Below, piece after piece: positions 1 to 14,200 of a stretch of 64,000 bases of DNA. Position numbers and translations under genes: made by a program. The DNA lies in the NCBI GenBank assembly GCA_050084515.1, contig CM114271.1, positions 24,738,001-24,802,000 of the forward strand. The letters are read 5' to 3'. Source of the stretch: Blasia pusilla. Its lineage: Eukaryota. The notes under the pieces were generated by a model. That model made no database searches, was not told the origin of the DNA, and worked only from the letters and a program-made list of their open reading frames with translations. How positions within the stretch are numbered: position 1 is the stretch's first letter; each line of letters opens with the position of its first letter.

Positions 1-287
1 CTACCATAAGAGTTTAGGATACATCCCACTTTCCATCTGTCATTGTTGAAGAAGTATCTTCAAGATAATGAGCGTCTGAGCGCAAACAGACGTTGAGACC
101 ACAACCAATAATTGTGAATGAAGAACCGGAGTTTGAGGTGGAGACCATTTTGCATTCGAGGCATAGGGCCAAAAAGTACAAGTACTTGGTCAAGTGGAAG
201 GGCTACCATGTGAAAAAAGGGACTTGGATTGTGGAGGCAGACCTCGAACACGCGGAAGAGGTGTTGCAAGACTTCAAACGGTTGTAA
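1..287 (+). pseudogene. Ty3/Gypsy chromovirus integrase C-terminus plus chromodomain (disrupted)
   Basis: Frame 1 reads LP*EFRIHPTFHLSLLKKY, matching the integrase C-terminal IHPxFHVSLLK motif. After a frameshift it reads EPEFEVETILHSR...KYLVKWKGY...TW...DLEHAEEVLQDF, a chromodomain. Confidence 0.9.
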
Positions 288-2294
288 GGGAAGCACATGC
301 GTTAATTCACGGAGTAGCTAGGGACATGACTTGTGACCATAGGAAGCTTGGGCCAAAGGCCGTTGTAACTAGAGTAGGCTAGTGTTGCAATAAAGAAATG
401 CATGAATTTGGAGATTCATTGCTTGTGTGGTTTGCAATTTGTCTTTGGTAGTGCATGGCAATGAGTAGTTCCTCATATGCTTAGGATGTAAGTCAAGATG
501 ATAGACAAGGAGTATTTGAGGTGAGACCTTGTATTCATATAAGTACATAGAACATGGACAAGTGTTGAGTAACTAACACTTGGGTTTGCCCTAGCGTCGG
601 CAAGGAAAATCACTTTTTCTTGGGGCTTGGGGTGATCTTACTCGTGAGTGCATGAGTGAACTTAGTGACGCGTCCAAGTCGAGTACAAGAGCGACCCAAA
701 AGTAGTACGAATTGTGTATCGTGTAAACAGGCGAGATGTTTACGAGTTGTGAGCAAGAGAAGCCATAGGTAGCAAACTTAGTTAGCTTATTTGATAGGTT
801 AGACCGGTTGAGAATCAGTCTACACTCTTCAAAGAGGAGATGCTAAATGATGCTAAGTGTTGCAAGCGATAACCTAAGACTTAAGCCAAAAGAGGAAGTG
901 CGGGTTAGCTACCAGAACGCAATTCGATGTCAAGGGGTCGGCTTCCCCAAAATGACTTGACATTAAAAGGTTTGCGTTGATGAGGGCATCAACGCAAACC
1001 TCATAACCAAACGAGCACCAAGCGGAACATTTGAACTCTATCGGCTCATGCTAGGATGGTTTGCGCTTTGGAGTTAGTGAAACACAAGGGTGAGGCGCAA
1101 GTGTGGCGAGCATTTAAAATTTTTCATGCGTTTATGGTTGTGATTTAGGAAATCAAAACCAAACAAGGAACCCACACTTAAGAGAAGTTGAGTCTTGGAA
1201 GGAGACGTGGCCAAGGGGGGAGAACCGGACTTGGGATGCAACTAGCGTTTGGAGTTGTTGATTGTACTTTTGACCATAACTTTTAGTCCCAAGAAGCGTT
1301 TGGGACAACTAAGAAAGCGTTGGAAAGCTTATGCAAAGCTGGTTCCAATGCATTAAAGATATTGGCACATGCTTAAGCAAAAGCTAAGATATGGGCCAAA
1401 AAAATTTGTAGGGAGAGCTGATTGAGGGCCAAAAAGAGGGGTCCGAGTGCTCTTCTCCAAAGGTAGGGAGATTCCGAGAATCCCCAAAGTACTAGTAAGG
1501 AGGAAGGTCACGAAGGGTGCTTGGGACTCAAACCCCACTTTAGGCGCCGCGGGGCGACTCAAGGACACGGAATGGATCGAGGGTTTTGGCGAGTTGGGAT
1601 TTGAAACCCAAACCAAGTCCAGTAGAGTGGATTTCGGAGGTCCCTATTGGATTCCAACTCGCTACTCATATTGTTGAGTCTCGATTTGGGCTCTTGCGAG
1701 GTCCATTGGACAGTTGGGACGGCTACGCTCACGACAATCATGCCCAAGTTACTCTCCGAAGAGAGGTAATCCACACTCATTGGAAGAACAAGAAAGCCCA
1801 ATGCCATCCACTCAAGAGTAACAAGAGAAAACTTCAGAAATGAAGTTGAAGGTGATAAATTCCTGAAGGTCCCTTCACTTTATACACGAGGCTAATCCTA
1901 TCTTGTGCCACATGATTTCCTCTTAAGGCTTGGCCAATCCCATTTTGATAAAAGTTGATTACATGTTATCTTCTCCTAAAATATCCTCATAAACTCATTT
2001 AATATCCTTATAACTATCCCAACTATCCTAGTCACCAACTAAGACTACTTTAGTTTTATTTTTCATTCATACACCATCCCACCACTTTGCTTTTTTATTT
2101 CCCATATTTCATTTATTACTTCTTTTCCTAAAATTCGACCCCCAAGGCATCATAAAGAGAATTAAAATGAAAATTTATTTTCTTGAGCTTATTTACTTAA
2201 TACTTATACAATTATCTCTAACATTAATAAGAGAACAATAGATCTAGTTGCTATGCCACTAGGTCTTTAGGGACCTATTTTTGGGGTCCTATGA
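288..2294 (+). mobile_element. 3' non-coding region / LTR of the chromovirus element (boundaries approximate)
   Basis: Directly follows the chromodomain stop and has no recognisable ORF. It ends in an AT-rich stretch followed by ggggtcctatga. The PPT and LTR start could not be pinned down. Confidence 0.5.
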
Positions 2295-2306
2295 TTTCAT
2301 GATGAA

Positions 2307-2423
2307 ATGGACTTGTTCCCAACCTCATCCGACATATCAGAATGAAGTAACACCCAAACAACGCGATGACCCTCTATGCTGTCGACGCGATACAATTTTA
2401 CATGTCGGCTAACTAAGGTGTGA
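2307..2423. repeat. ~118-bp dispersed repeat, copy 1 of 3
   Basis: atggac..aacctcatccgacat..gtcgacgcg..tacatgtcggctaactaaggtgtga. Homologous to 24465-24580 and 33308-33425. Confidence 0.85.
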
Positions 2424-4591
2424 AACATTGCAAAAGTGCCCCCAAAATAGAGGGAAATTTGTTTACATAGGTTACCCTCCTCCTCAATAGATCACTCTCA
2501 TCATAGAGGTGTTAATATAATACCTCTTTGGGTACATCATAAAATTATCCCTGAATCTACCACCAAAGAGTAGAGATGCTATAGCATAATCCTTTGACAC
2601 ACCACACTAGTAGAGAAACCTATAATGAAATTGAAGTCTCCATTTTAGCCCATAAAAGTAGGGCTAATACTATTTCTGCTGCCATGCTGCCATGTAAATT
2701 ACCCACACCTAATATGGTAAGAACTTATTGGCAAGATCCACTACAACGAGCACAAGCTGAAATAAAACAGTTTTCCAATATAGTATAAAAAAGGATAAAA
2801 AATCCTCCTATCAATTTATCACGTGTCGAAAATGGAAAGGTGAAAAGAGTTACATCCGACGCATAACGGATTCAAAATGTCTTGTATTTGACCTCGTCCG
2901 ACTCTCCTTGAAATGCCTTTTGCACATGCCCCCCCCGAACAAGGAGAACTGAAAAAGGGACAGATGAAGTTGGAAAGAAGGAAAAGGAAAACCTGCGACC
3001 ACAAACACGCGAGAACCCGTTTCTATCGTTTGTTCCCGGACAGGGAATCGATCACCCGCCTCTATCCTCATCTCTGACTCTGACATCTTCAGTCAGCGGT
3101 GGCAGGACCTGGAAGGACGGACCTGACCCACCCAGCCTCTCTGTCCAATCGCTAGCCCAAAGCAAGAAATGCTTGTGGGCCAGCGAGCATTCCGTCCGTC
3201 TGTCCAATCAACCTGCCCACGACCGAAGGCGAAGAGTATAGCGGCAACGGATCACGAAGTTCAAGTAGTCTATTCAGGTCCTTTGGTGTGCAGTTGAGCG
3301 AGAATTTTCCAAGTAAACTGCCGCACGAACTTATATCAGAGTGCTTGATTGCCGGATTGTGTGGCCGCGGTACAATGGTCGGCCCGTTCATTACTTCTTA
3401 TTTAATTGTGATCCCTGGTAGACATTGAAGGCGGGCAGGGGGATCTTCGCAGATTCAGTTTTTGAATAGGAATTACTTTCCCTTATCGAGTCGAGGATAA
3501 GTCGGTTTCGCTGCAAAAGATTCCGAATTAGGACTCGCAGAGGCCCTGGAAATCCGAGGTTCGACGTAGAAGAGAGTAGTTGTCGCGTCATGTCCTTCGT
3601 GGAGAGGTTGAGGAATCTGGGGTCGCACTGATAGCAGTTGATTAATGTGTTTGGTTTGCGGCCCTCTGTACTTGCCACATGTGCCCGAAGGTCGTGTGGC
3701 AGGGATGGACGCCCGAGATAGCGTTAAATGCGGACTTCTTCATGCTAAGGAGTAGGGAAGCAGCTCCGTCTTTTCTTGTGCTCCGACATTGGACGAATTG
3801 CGGGCAGGCCATGGTTGCCCGAGTCAGTGCGTAAATTAGTGGCGCTTGTCCTTCGTAGCGTGTACCCACTAGGCCGGATTTCCGCAATTGTTTGAGCAGT
3901 GCGTCCATGGCTAAGTTTCGCTACACATCGAGTGTTCCCTAGCGTGTACATCATGGGAGACTGCTTCAAGATGCCTGCCGACATAATGAAGATACAATAG
4001 TCATGCCCCAACTATGTATTGTGAAGTCATGCCCTCCCTACGAAGTTTTCACAATACATAACTTTCCTTTCGTCGGAAATAGTTTCAACCACATTATCAT
4101 CTTGGTCGCGCCGGAGTAAGGGGTCGTCAGTCGTGTGCAGATGCTCCAGGCAGTCGGTCTATTACTATGGGGTGCAAATTGCGGTCATTTCTAGATATAT
4201 GAGTGTTCGTGAGTAACGGTCTACGAGCTCTATTCCCGAGATGGAATGGCGCAGGATTGCCAGTCAAACGTAAGATCACTCAGGGGGACTCATTCGGCCG
4301 AAGGTCTCCGAACTTTGACGTCTAGGCAGCTACCAGACATGGAGGAAATGATTGCTCCCCATCCGACTTAGTAACTGCATCTCCGGAAGTCGGACCACTC
4401 CGACCTTTCACATTCCCACACCAATTGGTTTCACATGAGCCTTGGGCAAGACTGCAAATGTGACGGGCTGCAGTCGAAAGGCAGAATTTGATACCGATCA
4501 GGAATGTCTTGGATCTAACGACTATGACCAATCAGCGACGTCACTACAGTAACATGATTTAGATAACCAATTAATACTTCGATTGAATAGC

Positions 4592-4772
4592 TCCACCGAG
4601 AATCGCCGCGGATGTGATGGCTGCACACGCTTTGGTACCTTCGCTTACATAGGTTAAAAGCAGTATTCAGCTAACAATGTCCACCGAGCATCGCCGCGGA
4701 TGTGATGGATGCACACGCTTTAGTACCTTCGCTTACATAGGTTAAAAGCAGTATTCAGCTAACAATGTCCAC
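4592..4772. repeat. 88-bp tandem duplication (2 near-identical copies)
   Basis: tccaccgag..gctaacaatg is repeated at 4592 and 4680 with about 3 mismatches. Confidence 0.95.
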
Positions 4773-5287
4773 GTCTAAGACCCCGTGCCTTGATACTCGA
4801 ATGTCTTCACGCGAGCAAGATGACTGCATGAATTCAAACTGCTCAGGTAGCTCCTATCCTTTCCGGTCATCACTAGGTGCTCCAGTTAAGAAGACTCAAA
4901 AGGAAAGGACTTTCATTTCGACGTGAATAGCAACCGTTCCTTACATTTTCAGCTAATTATTTTTGTCACAAGCGGAGAACGACGTGTATCATTCAAAGCT
5001 GACCTTTCCGTGTGACTTGTTGTGTAAGAATTATAAATGTAAATGTGACTAAAGAACTACGCACGAAAGAGAAACCTATTTACAAGGACGTTGCGGGTGT
5101 CGGCTACAATTGTTGCAAGGGATTGCTCCTAACCTGAATGGCTCGTTTAAAGACCATGGAGTATGTTCAAGCCCGCTGCAAGTCGCATTCGAGAACCGGC
5201 GGACGTTGTGTAACAAAACGTAGGATTCTGCTCAACATGCAATCGGAGCCAAAATGTGGAGAAGGATAATTCCCTGAACGAGGCTCT

Positions 5288-8200
5288 CTACACACGAATG
5301 GTGTCCTCATCGTTATCGGGTTCTGCCTCTGCCTCTGCTTCTGCTTCTTCTTCTTCTTCTTCTAGTTCCTCTTCCTGATCGTCTGTGTACAGCTGGGAGC
5401 TAATTTCATGCCCTTGAAGATCCCTGTGCTTCAAGTTACCTGGATGGACATAAAAGATCCTAAATTAGTCCAGACAGAGTAGGGCACTTCAACTATCATT
5501 TGTGAAAACTCGCTGCCCTCAAATCTGATGAAGATTGCCTTGCACTTTTCAAGCGGGAGGGAGTTCGTGCATACTCTTGGATAGAGCTGTCACAATTTTC
5601 ATTTTGTGACTGGGATGCACTTACCCATCCAGAAGGATTTTCCGTGAGATGTGCCATGTAGAAGCGCCTTTATGCAGAACAGGAAGCGTTCCATGGATCG
5701 CTTCACAACAGGCACCTTACACGTAACCGGCATACGTTTCTGGCCCTATTAACCATGATGTTTAGGTCAGTAACGAAAGTGCCCATTTACTGGAAGAATT
5801 GCTATGAAATCTTCACTACGAAGCATCTCCCAGTACCTGCTAAACCTAAAATTGAGCTTTCATCTGAACAAGTCGACGATATAAAATATAATGAATTTCA
5901 ATCGGTTAAAATCGCCCTTCATTTCAGAGAAATGCATCAAATTCTAGGCACTGAAACTTTTTTCTTGAACAAAACTTGGTAGACGACCAACCTTCGCTTC
6001 CGAGCAAAGTGTCTGAATGATTCTTGTGGCTTTCTGAAGGTCCTTCACCTGGAAAGAATGCCACCTCTTCAACTTAGTTGGATTTGTGAAGTTTTGGTAG
6101 GGCAAAAATTCAAAACAGAAGAACCAAAGTCAAGGCACAATAAGAATCATTAGAACCGGCAACGCAACGCAATCCAACGATCCCAGGCCCTCTTAGGTCG
6201 TTCTTGGTGGCTGGAGGATCCAAGAATCTTTGGTGGAAGACGTGAAAATCAAACTAAACAGTTCGCACCCATAGAAGAATAGCAAGCTCTTTCCCCTTCT
6301 TAGAATAACTTCCATCTCGAAATTGGGGCGTTTACACACATGACAGCCAGACGGAAGGTTCGATCTTCAAGATCAGTACATCTAGTTCCTTAAGGGACAT
6401 AAAAAGAGCCAAATCTTTGGGATACGCACGCGGCTCAGTTCTTTTCGTAGGGTGTGTGTTCTTACCAGATTGTTTATGGACTTTTTGTGGTCTTCATAAT
6501 GTACTTTTAGAAAGTCAACACCTGGAAGACACATTCCAAAGTCAGACTGCGAGAAAATTCCTTTTCAAAAGGAGCAAAAACATTTCACCACCACCCAAGC
6601 GCAAATCTCAAATCGCAATTTACCTCTAAGAAAGATATCCACGAACTTGCCGCCGCTCTTCACGGCCATGGCATGTACCGGTGCCTGTAAATATTTAGGA
6701 AGTAACTCGGTTGAGAAGGATAGGCTGGAAACGCGAAGAGATGCTGGCTTGGGAGGGCACAAGATGATAAACGATATGATGATTCTCAAGTAGTTTTTAG
6801 GTGCATGAAACTCTACGACCTTATGTGGCTACATGAGATGCGCATGAAAAGTGAAATCGTCTTCTGGGATACTTCACTTGGCAAACTCTCTCTATTGGCA
6901 CATTCCATGCGCAAGGAGTACTTAAAGGCTAAGAAGTTGAAGGAAGCAACAGAAATACTTCCGATACATCGAGCTTAATTCAAGAGCCTTGAGGGTTCCC
7001 GTACCTTGTCATGAGTCTTTGTTAAATTTACTAGAGCCACATGCACTTTGATGCACTGATGAATCTGGGCCAGCAAGCTAACCACCACGTCATTCTGGGC
7101 GTGTGTTCTCTGCTTACTGTGGTCCTGAAGATCCTTGGTCTACACAAAAAGATTCCAAATTAAAGCTCACTATCACAGGTTCTGGGGAGAAAGTTTTAAA
7201 TCATTACCAACCACGATCGTAACGAGTATATGGTGGATTCGCGTTCTTCGATACTGTCCGCTTGAATGACACCATAATTAACAATCGTAAGCTGCGATTC
7301 ACAAACAATCACAGATCTTACCACTCGTTTTAAAATGTTGAGAACCTCCTCATGCTGCAAAATGTTTTCACCACCAGGCACAATCGTTAGTCTTTTCAGA
7401 GTAAGTGCCTACATTTTTTTTTAAGGGCGAGAGACTTACGTGAAAAGGGAGTCCAGCCTCTGTCAAATTCAAGGCGACAAAGAAAGAGCCTGGATGTGGA
7501 ATTGGAACTCCATCCTACTGGTTCCTAGAAACTCGTCGATTTAAGTCACATGTTAGAAGCAGACGGAGAAAACCGAAACTTGTAACGACAATCTCACCGT
7601 CACACGGTACCAAATTATGAACGTCGCAGAACTCAAAGCCGGATATCCTGGAACTGCTCCTCCAAACTTGCCTCCTTTGCTCGGCACCTGTGACAATTAG
7701 GTATTAATATCTTCAGGACTTGGACGCACTAATTCATAGTCCAACTGATGCCAATTGGCTCTTTTAAGTCCAAGGGCCTCAGAGAACCTTTCGTGCCTTT
7801 GAGTTTGATTCAGGTTTTTTTTTTTCATCTCGTCATAGACAAATAAAAAATGAAATAATGCTGAAGTTCTCTCTTGAAAGTTGATCAAACATATCTTTGT
7901 CCATCCGCTCTTAAAAGGTTCAAAATTGATGGAGTACTCTAAGCGTGCTATAACACACGACCCGACTGAACTAGGAATCATGAGGGGAGGATTGTCAGCA
8001 CCATGCGGGTCCAGATTGATTTGGTGAGAAACAGATGGTGCGAAAGAGCCGGGGGGAACTTTTAGAACCGGCAAGGTTCGATGACACACGGTGAAGAATC
8101 ACGTCGACTTAAAAAGAAATTAATACGCCAAGAGAGTGCTCATAAAGGAGTGTATGTCGTAGCCTTGCGACCGCTGCCCTTGCGCCTTGCTTGAAATATT

Positions 8201-11200
8201 GTAATGGTACAATATTTCAAGCAAAAATAATTCAGTCACAGTCCATACACCAAAAAGTAGTAGAAACATCTTAGGCTTGCGACGGTATACAAACAGGCAC
8301 GAAGGAAAATACTTCACTAAGAAAGCGAGTCTGACCTGGGGCATGACGGTGCACACAAGCTCCTCCAGGAGCCCAATAGAGCATTCATTATTCTCAATAT
8401 ACATTCGGAGTAGCTGCTGCATCATATCCCCCTGCAATCGAAGACAGGTTTACACATTCACTTCTAGCTTATCTTACATCAAAGGTCACGGGAAAATAGC
8501 TAATCTGCACGCTTCACAACCACTACAGAAGACTTCTAACCTCAAAAGGATTAGAGTGATCAAAAGGTGTCTAAAGGAAAACTTAAGAGAGATCCTTGAA
8601 TGTTAAAAGATTGCACACTAACCGAAGTTTTAAGTCTTCTTATGGCAAGGGAGTGTTTTAAGTGATGGGAAAATTGAAACGTAGGTCAGTTTTTAGCCAT
8701 GCAAGAGGCGACAACTAGAGGCATCCATTTTTGTCTGATTTAACGTAATTCTTCGTTACAAGATTTGCAAATGATCGTGAGGATAACCAACCGCTCGCAA
8801 CGTAGTTCATTATCTGTTTAAGCGGGAAAGAAGGAGCTATTCGAGGTGTCCTTACTTTACTTTTCCAATCATCCGCATCCCAATCACATCCCAAAGCTTT
8901 TCCAGCAGATACACTCAGTTGGGTGCGTAAATATGGCAAGATCGTGACTGATCTACCAGAATTTGATCTTCTTCTTCTTAGATCATCCTTAGACTTCTCA
9001 TTGCAAGCTTGAGCGCAATCTACGAGAGCCTTGAGCACCATCATCAATTCAGTCGCAATAGTAAATGATGTGGTAGCAGCTGCAACGGTGACGAAAAATT
9101 AGCTGCCACAAGTGAGTACTTTTAAACATGTATCAAACCGTATATTTAAATAGAACAAGACACATCACAGATTTGAATTGTTGTATTGGATTGATTAAAC
9201 GACTAGAGTACATTGAATCAATCCTGGAACATGATGCAGCAGAAAGATCAACCTGCTTTAGAAAGACTGTCCAGATATGTGTATGCCTTGCAGAAAGCTT
9301 GTTCCAAAGAGTTGGGAGCATGAGAAGGTAAAAGTTCGGAAGGCGTTGTTTCCAGAGTCCCAAATGCCAGAAGAAAGTCCTTGAGAAGTTGAAGATTTTT
9401 GAGCGTCGCGAGTTCAGGATATCCCAATACCTACATCCGACTAATATCGTCAATACACAGGCTTTCTTCAGTTTTTCAGTCAATATAGTGATCGTGGATT
9501 CTTACAAGCAAGGCGAGACGCGAACGAGGCGAGCGTTTCGAGTGTTTCGTGTGTTGTTGTCGTGACCAGGAAACCAGAACCAAACGCGGTTATGAGAAGC
9601 GTTTGGAAATTCGAAGACGCAGAAGCGTATTAAGACACCAGCTCTCACATGTGCTTAGAACAGATTCATTTCGCACCGAATACCATTCAGAGAATTCAGA
9701 ATTGTCTGAGTAGCGTTAGTGAAAGGTTCGATTTTAGTACCTTGCTTAAACAGCGGATCATCACCAAAAACAATGATTGTGCAGCTACTTTCACAGGTAC
9801 AAGAAAGTTTTCATCATGTGGGTTGCCTGCGGCCTCAGACTCTTTCTTCCAGTGCTCATCACATGCACTCTTTTCACATTCTTGTTCACTTGGATCGACA
9901 TCTGCGCATAAGTCGAAGTTCATTTGTACACATGTTAGAGGGTTTCATCTACGTTCAGAACTGAACCTCTCAGCTCAGTTACTTCAATTCAAGCCTTTCG
10001 GTGTTTGATTTCAATTTGCGTCATTATGATCAGACATCTATCTAGGACTCTGAGCAACAGCTAGCCCTATTTCCGACATCAAAGCATCTGTCTGACTCCG
10101 TGCAATTTTGTGATAGTTGGATAAGAAAATTCACCCGACATTTGCTTGACAGATCAACGCAACTTGAAAAATTATAAGGTTTATTTCACATGAATTCGTT
10201 TTTTTTCAATTTGCGTTATGATGACTAGAGATATATCCAGGACTGATGAGTAAGAGCTTGCCCTATCTCGCACATGAAAGCACGAGTCTAGCTCCATGAG
10301 TTCCCTGTAAGTTAGCAATTCTTGAGGGAGAAAATCCACCCCACAGTTGCTTCATAGGCCTACGCAACTTGAGAGATTACAGATTCTCATTTTGCAGATG
10401 AGTACGTTTTGGCACGAGGGCCCCTCTGAGAAGGATTATTGTGTAAAGGACGAACCTGATAGCAATACAGCGATGGAGCAATCAAGGTGCTTCCGAAGAC
10501 TTGGAAACAAACTTGCTAGCTTTTGCAGAACAGTTGTGCCTTGCATTGCCCCAAGACCAGATGAGGCTTTGGGTCGAACAGCGCTTTGCATCCATGGAGC
10601 TAAGTTACGTACTGGGCCTTCCATGCAGGCATCTAGTTTTAACAGCAAATCCTGAAGGATGTACAAATGCATGGGCAACTGTACACGCAAACAACCAAAT
10701 GTGATCGCTTTGAATTCTCAGTACATCTCGTTGGTATGTTATGTGCGTAAATACAGTATCACACCATAATCTGTTTGACAACCATATTCAGAGTTGTGTG
10801 ATGACAATATACCTGGGCTGTTGGATCTAAACAGCATGATTCGGGGACGACCTGCACACCTCAACACACAACTCTCATCAGATTTCAGAGTCATACACTA
10901 CGTGCACGCTTCAACGTTAGCACTTTCTCCAAGGAGAGGCCAAGAAGTAATTTCTAAATTTTTCAATGAGCTGAAACTAGTCAATACTGTCGTCTAATTA
11001 ACTTTCACACAGCAGGCCTGTCAACAAACAAGGTTCAGAAAAAAAGTTTGTCTTCTAAAAGCTTGGATACCAGGGTTCTTCGAATAAAGACAATATTTGA
11101 GATTTCTTTGAATGTGGAAACAGTTGGTCTATCACGTGGATATGCAGGAAACCCCAATTGTGTAAACAAGCCTAGACAGGAAGGAACTTGATTGGATCAG

Positions 11201-14200
11201 ATTTATCTTCGAATCCCAACCTGCATGGTTGATAACATGGCCAAGCTTGAGATGTTCAAAGGTCGAAATTTCCACCGCTGTTCATCCAATCCCTCACCAC
11301 TAGACTCAATGTCTTTGCTGATTTGAGTTGGATCGGTTCCAGCTTGAGATGCAATTCCTCCTTGCGATGCTGCAGGTGTATGGCCCTCTTCTCTTGCTAT
11401 TCCACTTGCCTTATTAAAAGCATCACGTATAGTTGGCTGGCGGGATCCTCCAGTTGCAGGCGCCTCTTGCGAATTGTTATCACCTCCATTTTGGGTCCCG
11501 TTTGCATCAGCCATTCTGCTTCCTTTCTTATAGGCCGTCTTTTTCTTCTTTACTGGACGAGATTTCTTGAGGTCTTGCTTCCCAGTCGCAAGGTTTAGTT
11601 CTGGTGTTAATTGGCTTGGACCATCAACCATAGAATGAAGCGGAGGAAATGATATCTTGGTGAATTGCAGACACTCAGCTAGACAATATTCCAAATACCT
11701 GCGAACAAGTACAAACTCGTGAGATCAAGCATTCTAGTAGAGATGCAGGAAAATTGGATCCAAAATAACTGCTTCTACTGCTATTTCCGCGTGAAGTCTC
11801 CTATAAACAGCGATCACTGATCGGACTATTTAACTATCACATCCATAATGATATCCACGACTTGGTACAGATCGGGTAATGGCTAGAGCGCTGGATTGAA
11901 CTGTGCATGGAACGCTCAGCATAGTACCCAGCCCATGTCCTGTATAACCCAGTTGCAAATTTGTTGAATTGAAACGAAGAGAGAAACAAGACACCCATTT
12001 ACAAAGCAGGAAGAAATGCTGCACTCGATTTTATAGAAATCCCACAGGATTGAATGATAGCACAGAAACTTCGGTGTGATCAGGAGGCTGTGGCAGAACT
12101 CGCCATCCGAAAGACACGTAACTGGATGTTTGAGTCTCATGAAATGCTACTGACCAAACAAAGTTTTACTTCTAAGATCAATCTCTTTCAGTATGAACAC
12201 CATTTCCATTCACAAATTCCAAAAGGACGTGGTCCTGTGAAAATTTGATAAGAAATCTTGATACACGGTTATTACAAGCAAGAGGAAGGAGAGAGAGAGT
12301 CATCTTACATCAAGTTCCTGAGTCTCTTGGATAGCTTTGCAATTGTTTCTTCTCTGGTAGTTTGGGTGAGGAGGTCATCCATTTTTCCTTCAATTTGCGT
12401 GGAGAAAGTATTTATCTGCCCGATCCAGTACAAAGTTTACTGAGGTTCGAGTTCATAGAGAACATGAATTACAGCAAGTTACACTCTCCAGTAAACGGTC
12501 ATAGAAATCTACAATCGCATGTTCTTGTGCCTAAATGATTGTATAGCTTCTTCATTTAGGCAAAAGTAATTAACTACTAGAAAGGCAAATGCCCAGAAAA
12601 TGAAGTATCGCTTGAAGCATAAATCAGAAACTGGCAACATCATACAGACTAATTTTACTCGTACAAATGGCACACCTACCAACTCTCGAATCCAGTTAAT
12701 AGCATAGAAAAGAGCAAGGCATCCCAGCTCTTGTTGATGCTTTGATAATTTCGTCCACGACTCCCCGGTAAGCAGCTGCAACCAAACATCTCAAGATTGA
12801 GACTACATTTTTTCAATCATTTGTTTTGCTACTAATTTGGAGTACTCAATTGTGTGCGTACCTGGTGCTTTGGCAAATACATTGGGCACCCAAGCAGGGC
12901 ATCTATGCTTCCCAAAGATCCCTGATTGGTGACACGTTCCACCTGTTACAGGATCACAGACAGGACTTCAGGGGGCAGACCATCAATACCGTACTGTTGG
13001 ATTCAATATGTTAAAGAGGAGTGTGAGCACGATTCTTTGATGGTAGAAAATCCTCAACAGATATTCTCCACACCAATCTGGTTTATCAAAACTTATTCAG
13101 ATATTACTCAAATCTTGCAGAGACCCATAAGGACAAAGGAAAAGTAGAATGACTCACAGCAGCAAGAATACGGAAATTTGCCGGAAGAAAGAGCAATGAC
13201 TGGGAAACGCTGCCAAAATCTCAAAATTAAATGCAGGTGAGAAAGGATTGCTAACCAAGACGAGGGGCAAAAAATTCTTTGTGACTTTTCCAAAAACAAC
13301 AAAGAACTTTGGTGTTGGTGGATTGACCAAATTTTAAATGATAAAAAGCAACAAGTCACACAGTCACACAGTCCCCATTACCTCTGATCATGTGCCATTA
13401 GCATAGGCAGAACATTCAAAATTATAGGAGACACATCACCGTCCAAATTCATCCATATCTCTCCTGCAAAACTTCAGTGTATGAAACTTTTATCACCGAA
13501 ATTTTTCATACTTCCATACCCTAAACCCTAAACCCTAAACCCTAAAGCAACTAATACCAGGATATAGATATTGTAAGGCACACCCGTGGATAATCCAGTG
13601 ACTACCATATCTGCTGCAGTTACAAGATTGAGACAGTTGGCTCCAAACAATCACCCATTCGAGAAATCTGCCTCACTTAATACACACCTTCGAGTGTCCC
13701 GCACTGATCAGGTACAGTCTGAAGTTGACCACCATCTAGGTCACCAAGGAATAGAGTTTCAAACTCACATGTGTGCTTCGAGATCCTAGAGGCAAACAGT
13801 CCATCTGCACCATAAGGAAGGTGCCATTTTGTGTGGGACTGCTTTTGTGTTTGTACTAGCTTGTTTAATTTATGAAGCCCGACTCATGTTCCACATAACC
13901 TTGTCAGACAAATAGAAAAGACTGAAGGCAGATCAGCATGATAATGAGTTCTAAGAGATCAGGGTCATATTGCTTAAGTTCGGTGCAACCAGACAGTTGT
14001 GAAGAAAATAGTGTCTCGCTTCAGCATTACCATTCAAGAATTGGTGCAGTAAGTGAGGAAATCTCTACTTGTGCTGTCAGCTCGTCATAGAAGAACCCTC
14101 TTGAAAGTGCAGATGACTTGCATGCTTCCAGAATCAATTGAAGTAGAGATATTGCTTCCTCCGTGCTTGAGCCCTTCGAGAGTCACATGGTAACACGTGA

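Noticed and set aside
2605..2618. CACTAGTAGAGAAA resembling a CACTA TIR
   Set aside because: No partner TIR or subterminal repeats were found.
3745..4011. GHDYCIFIM resembling the Ulp1 protease catalytic motif
   Set aside because: No upstream His/Asp motifs and the surrounding frame has stops; likely chance.
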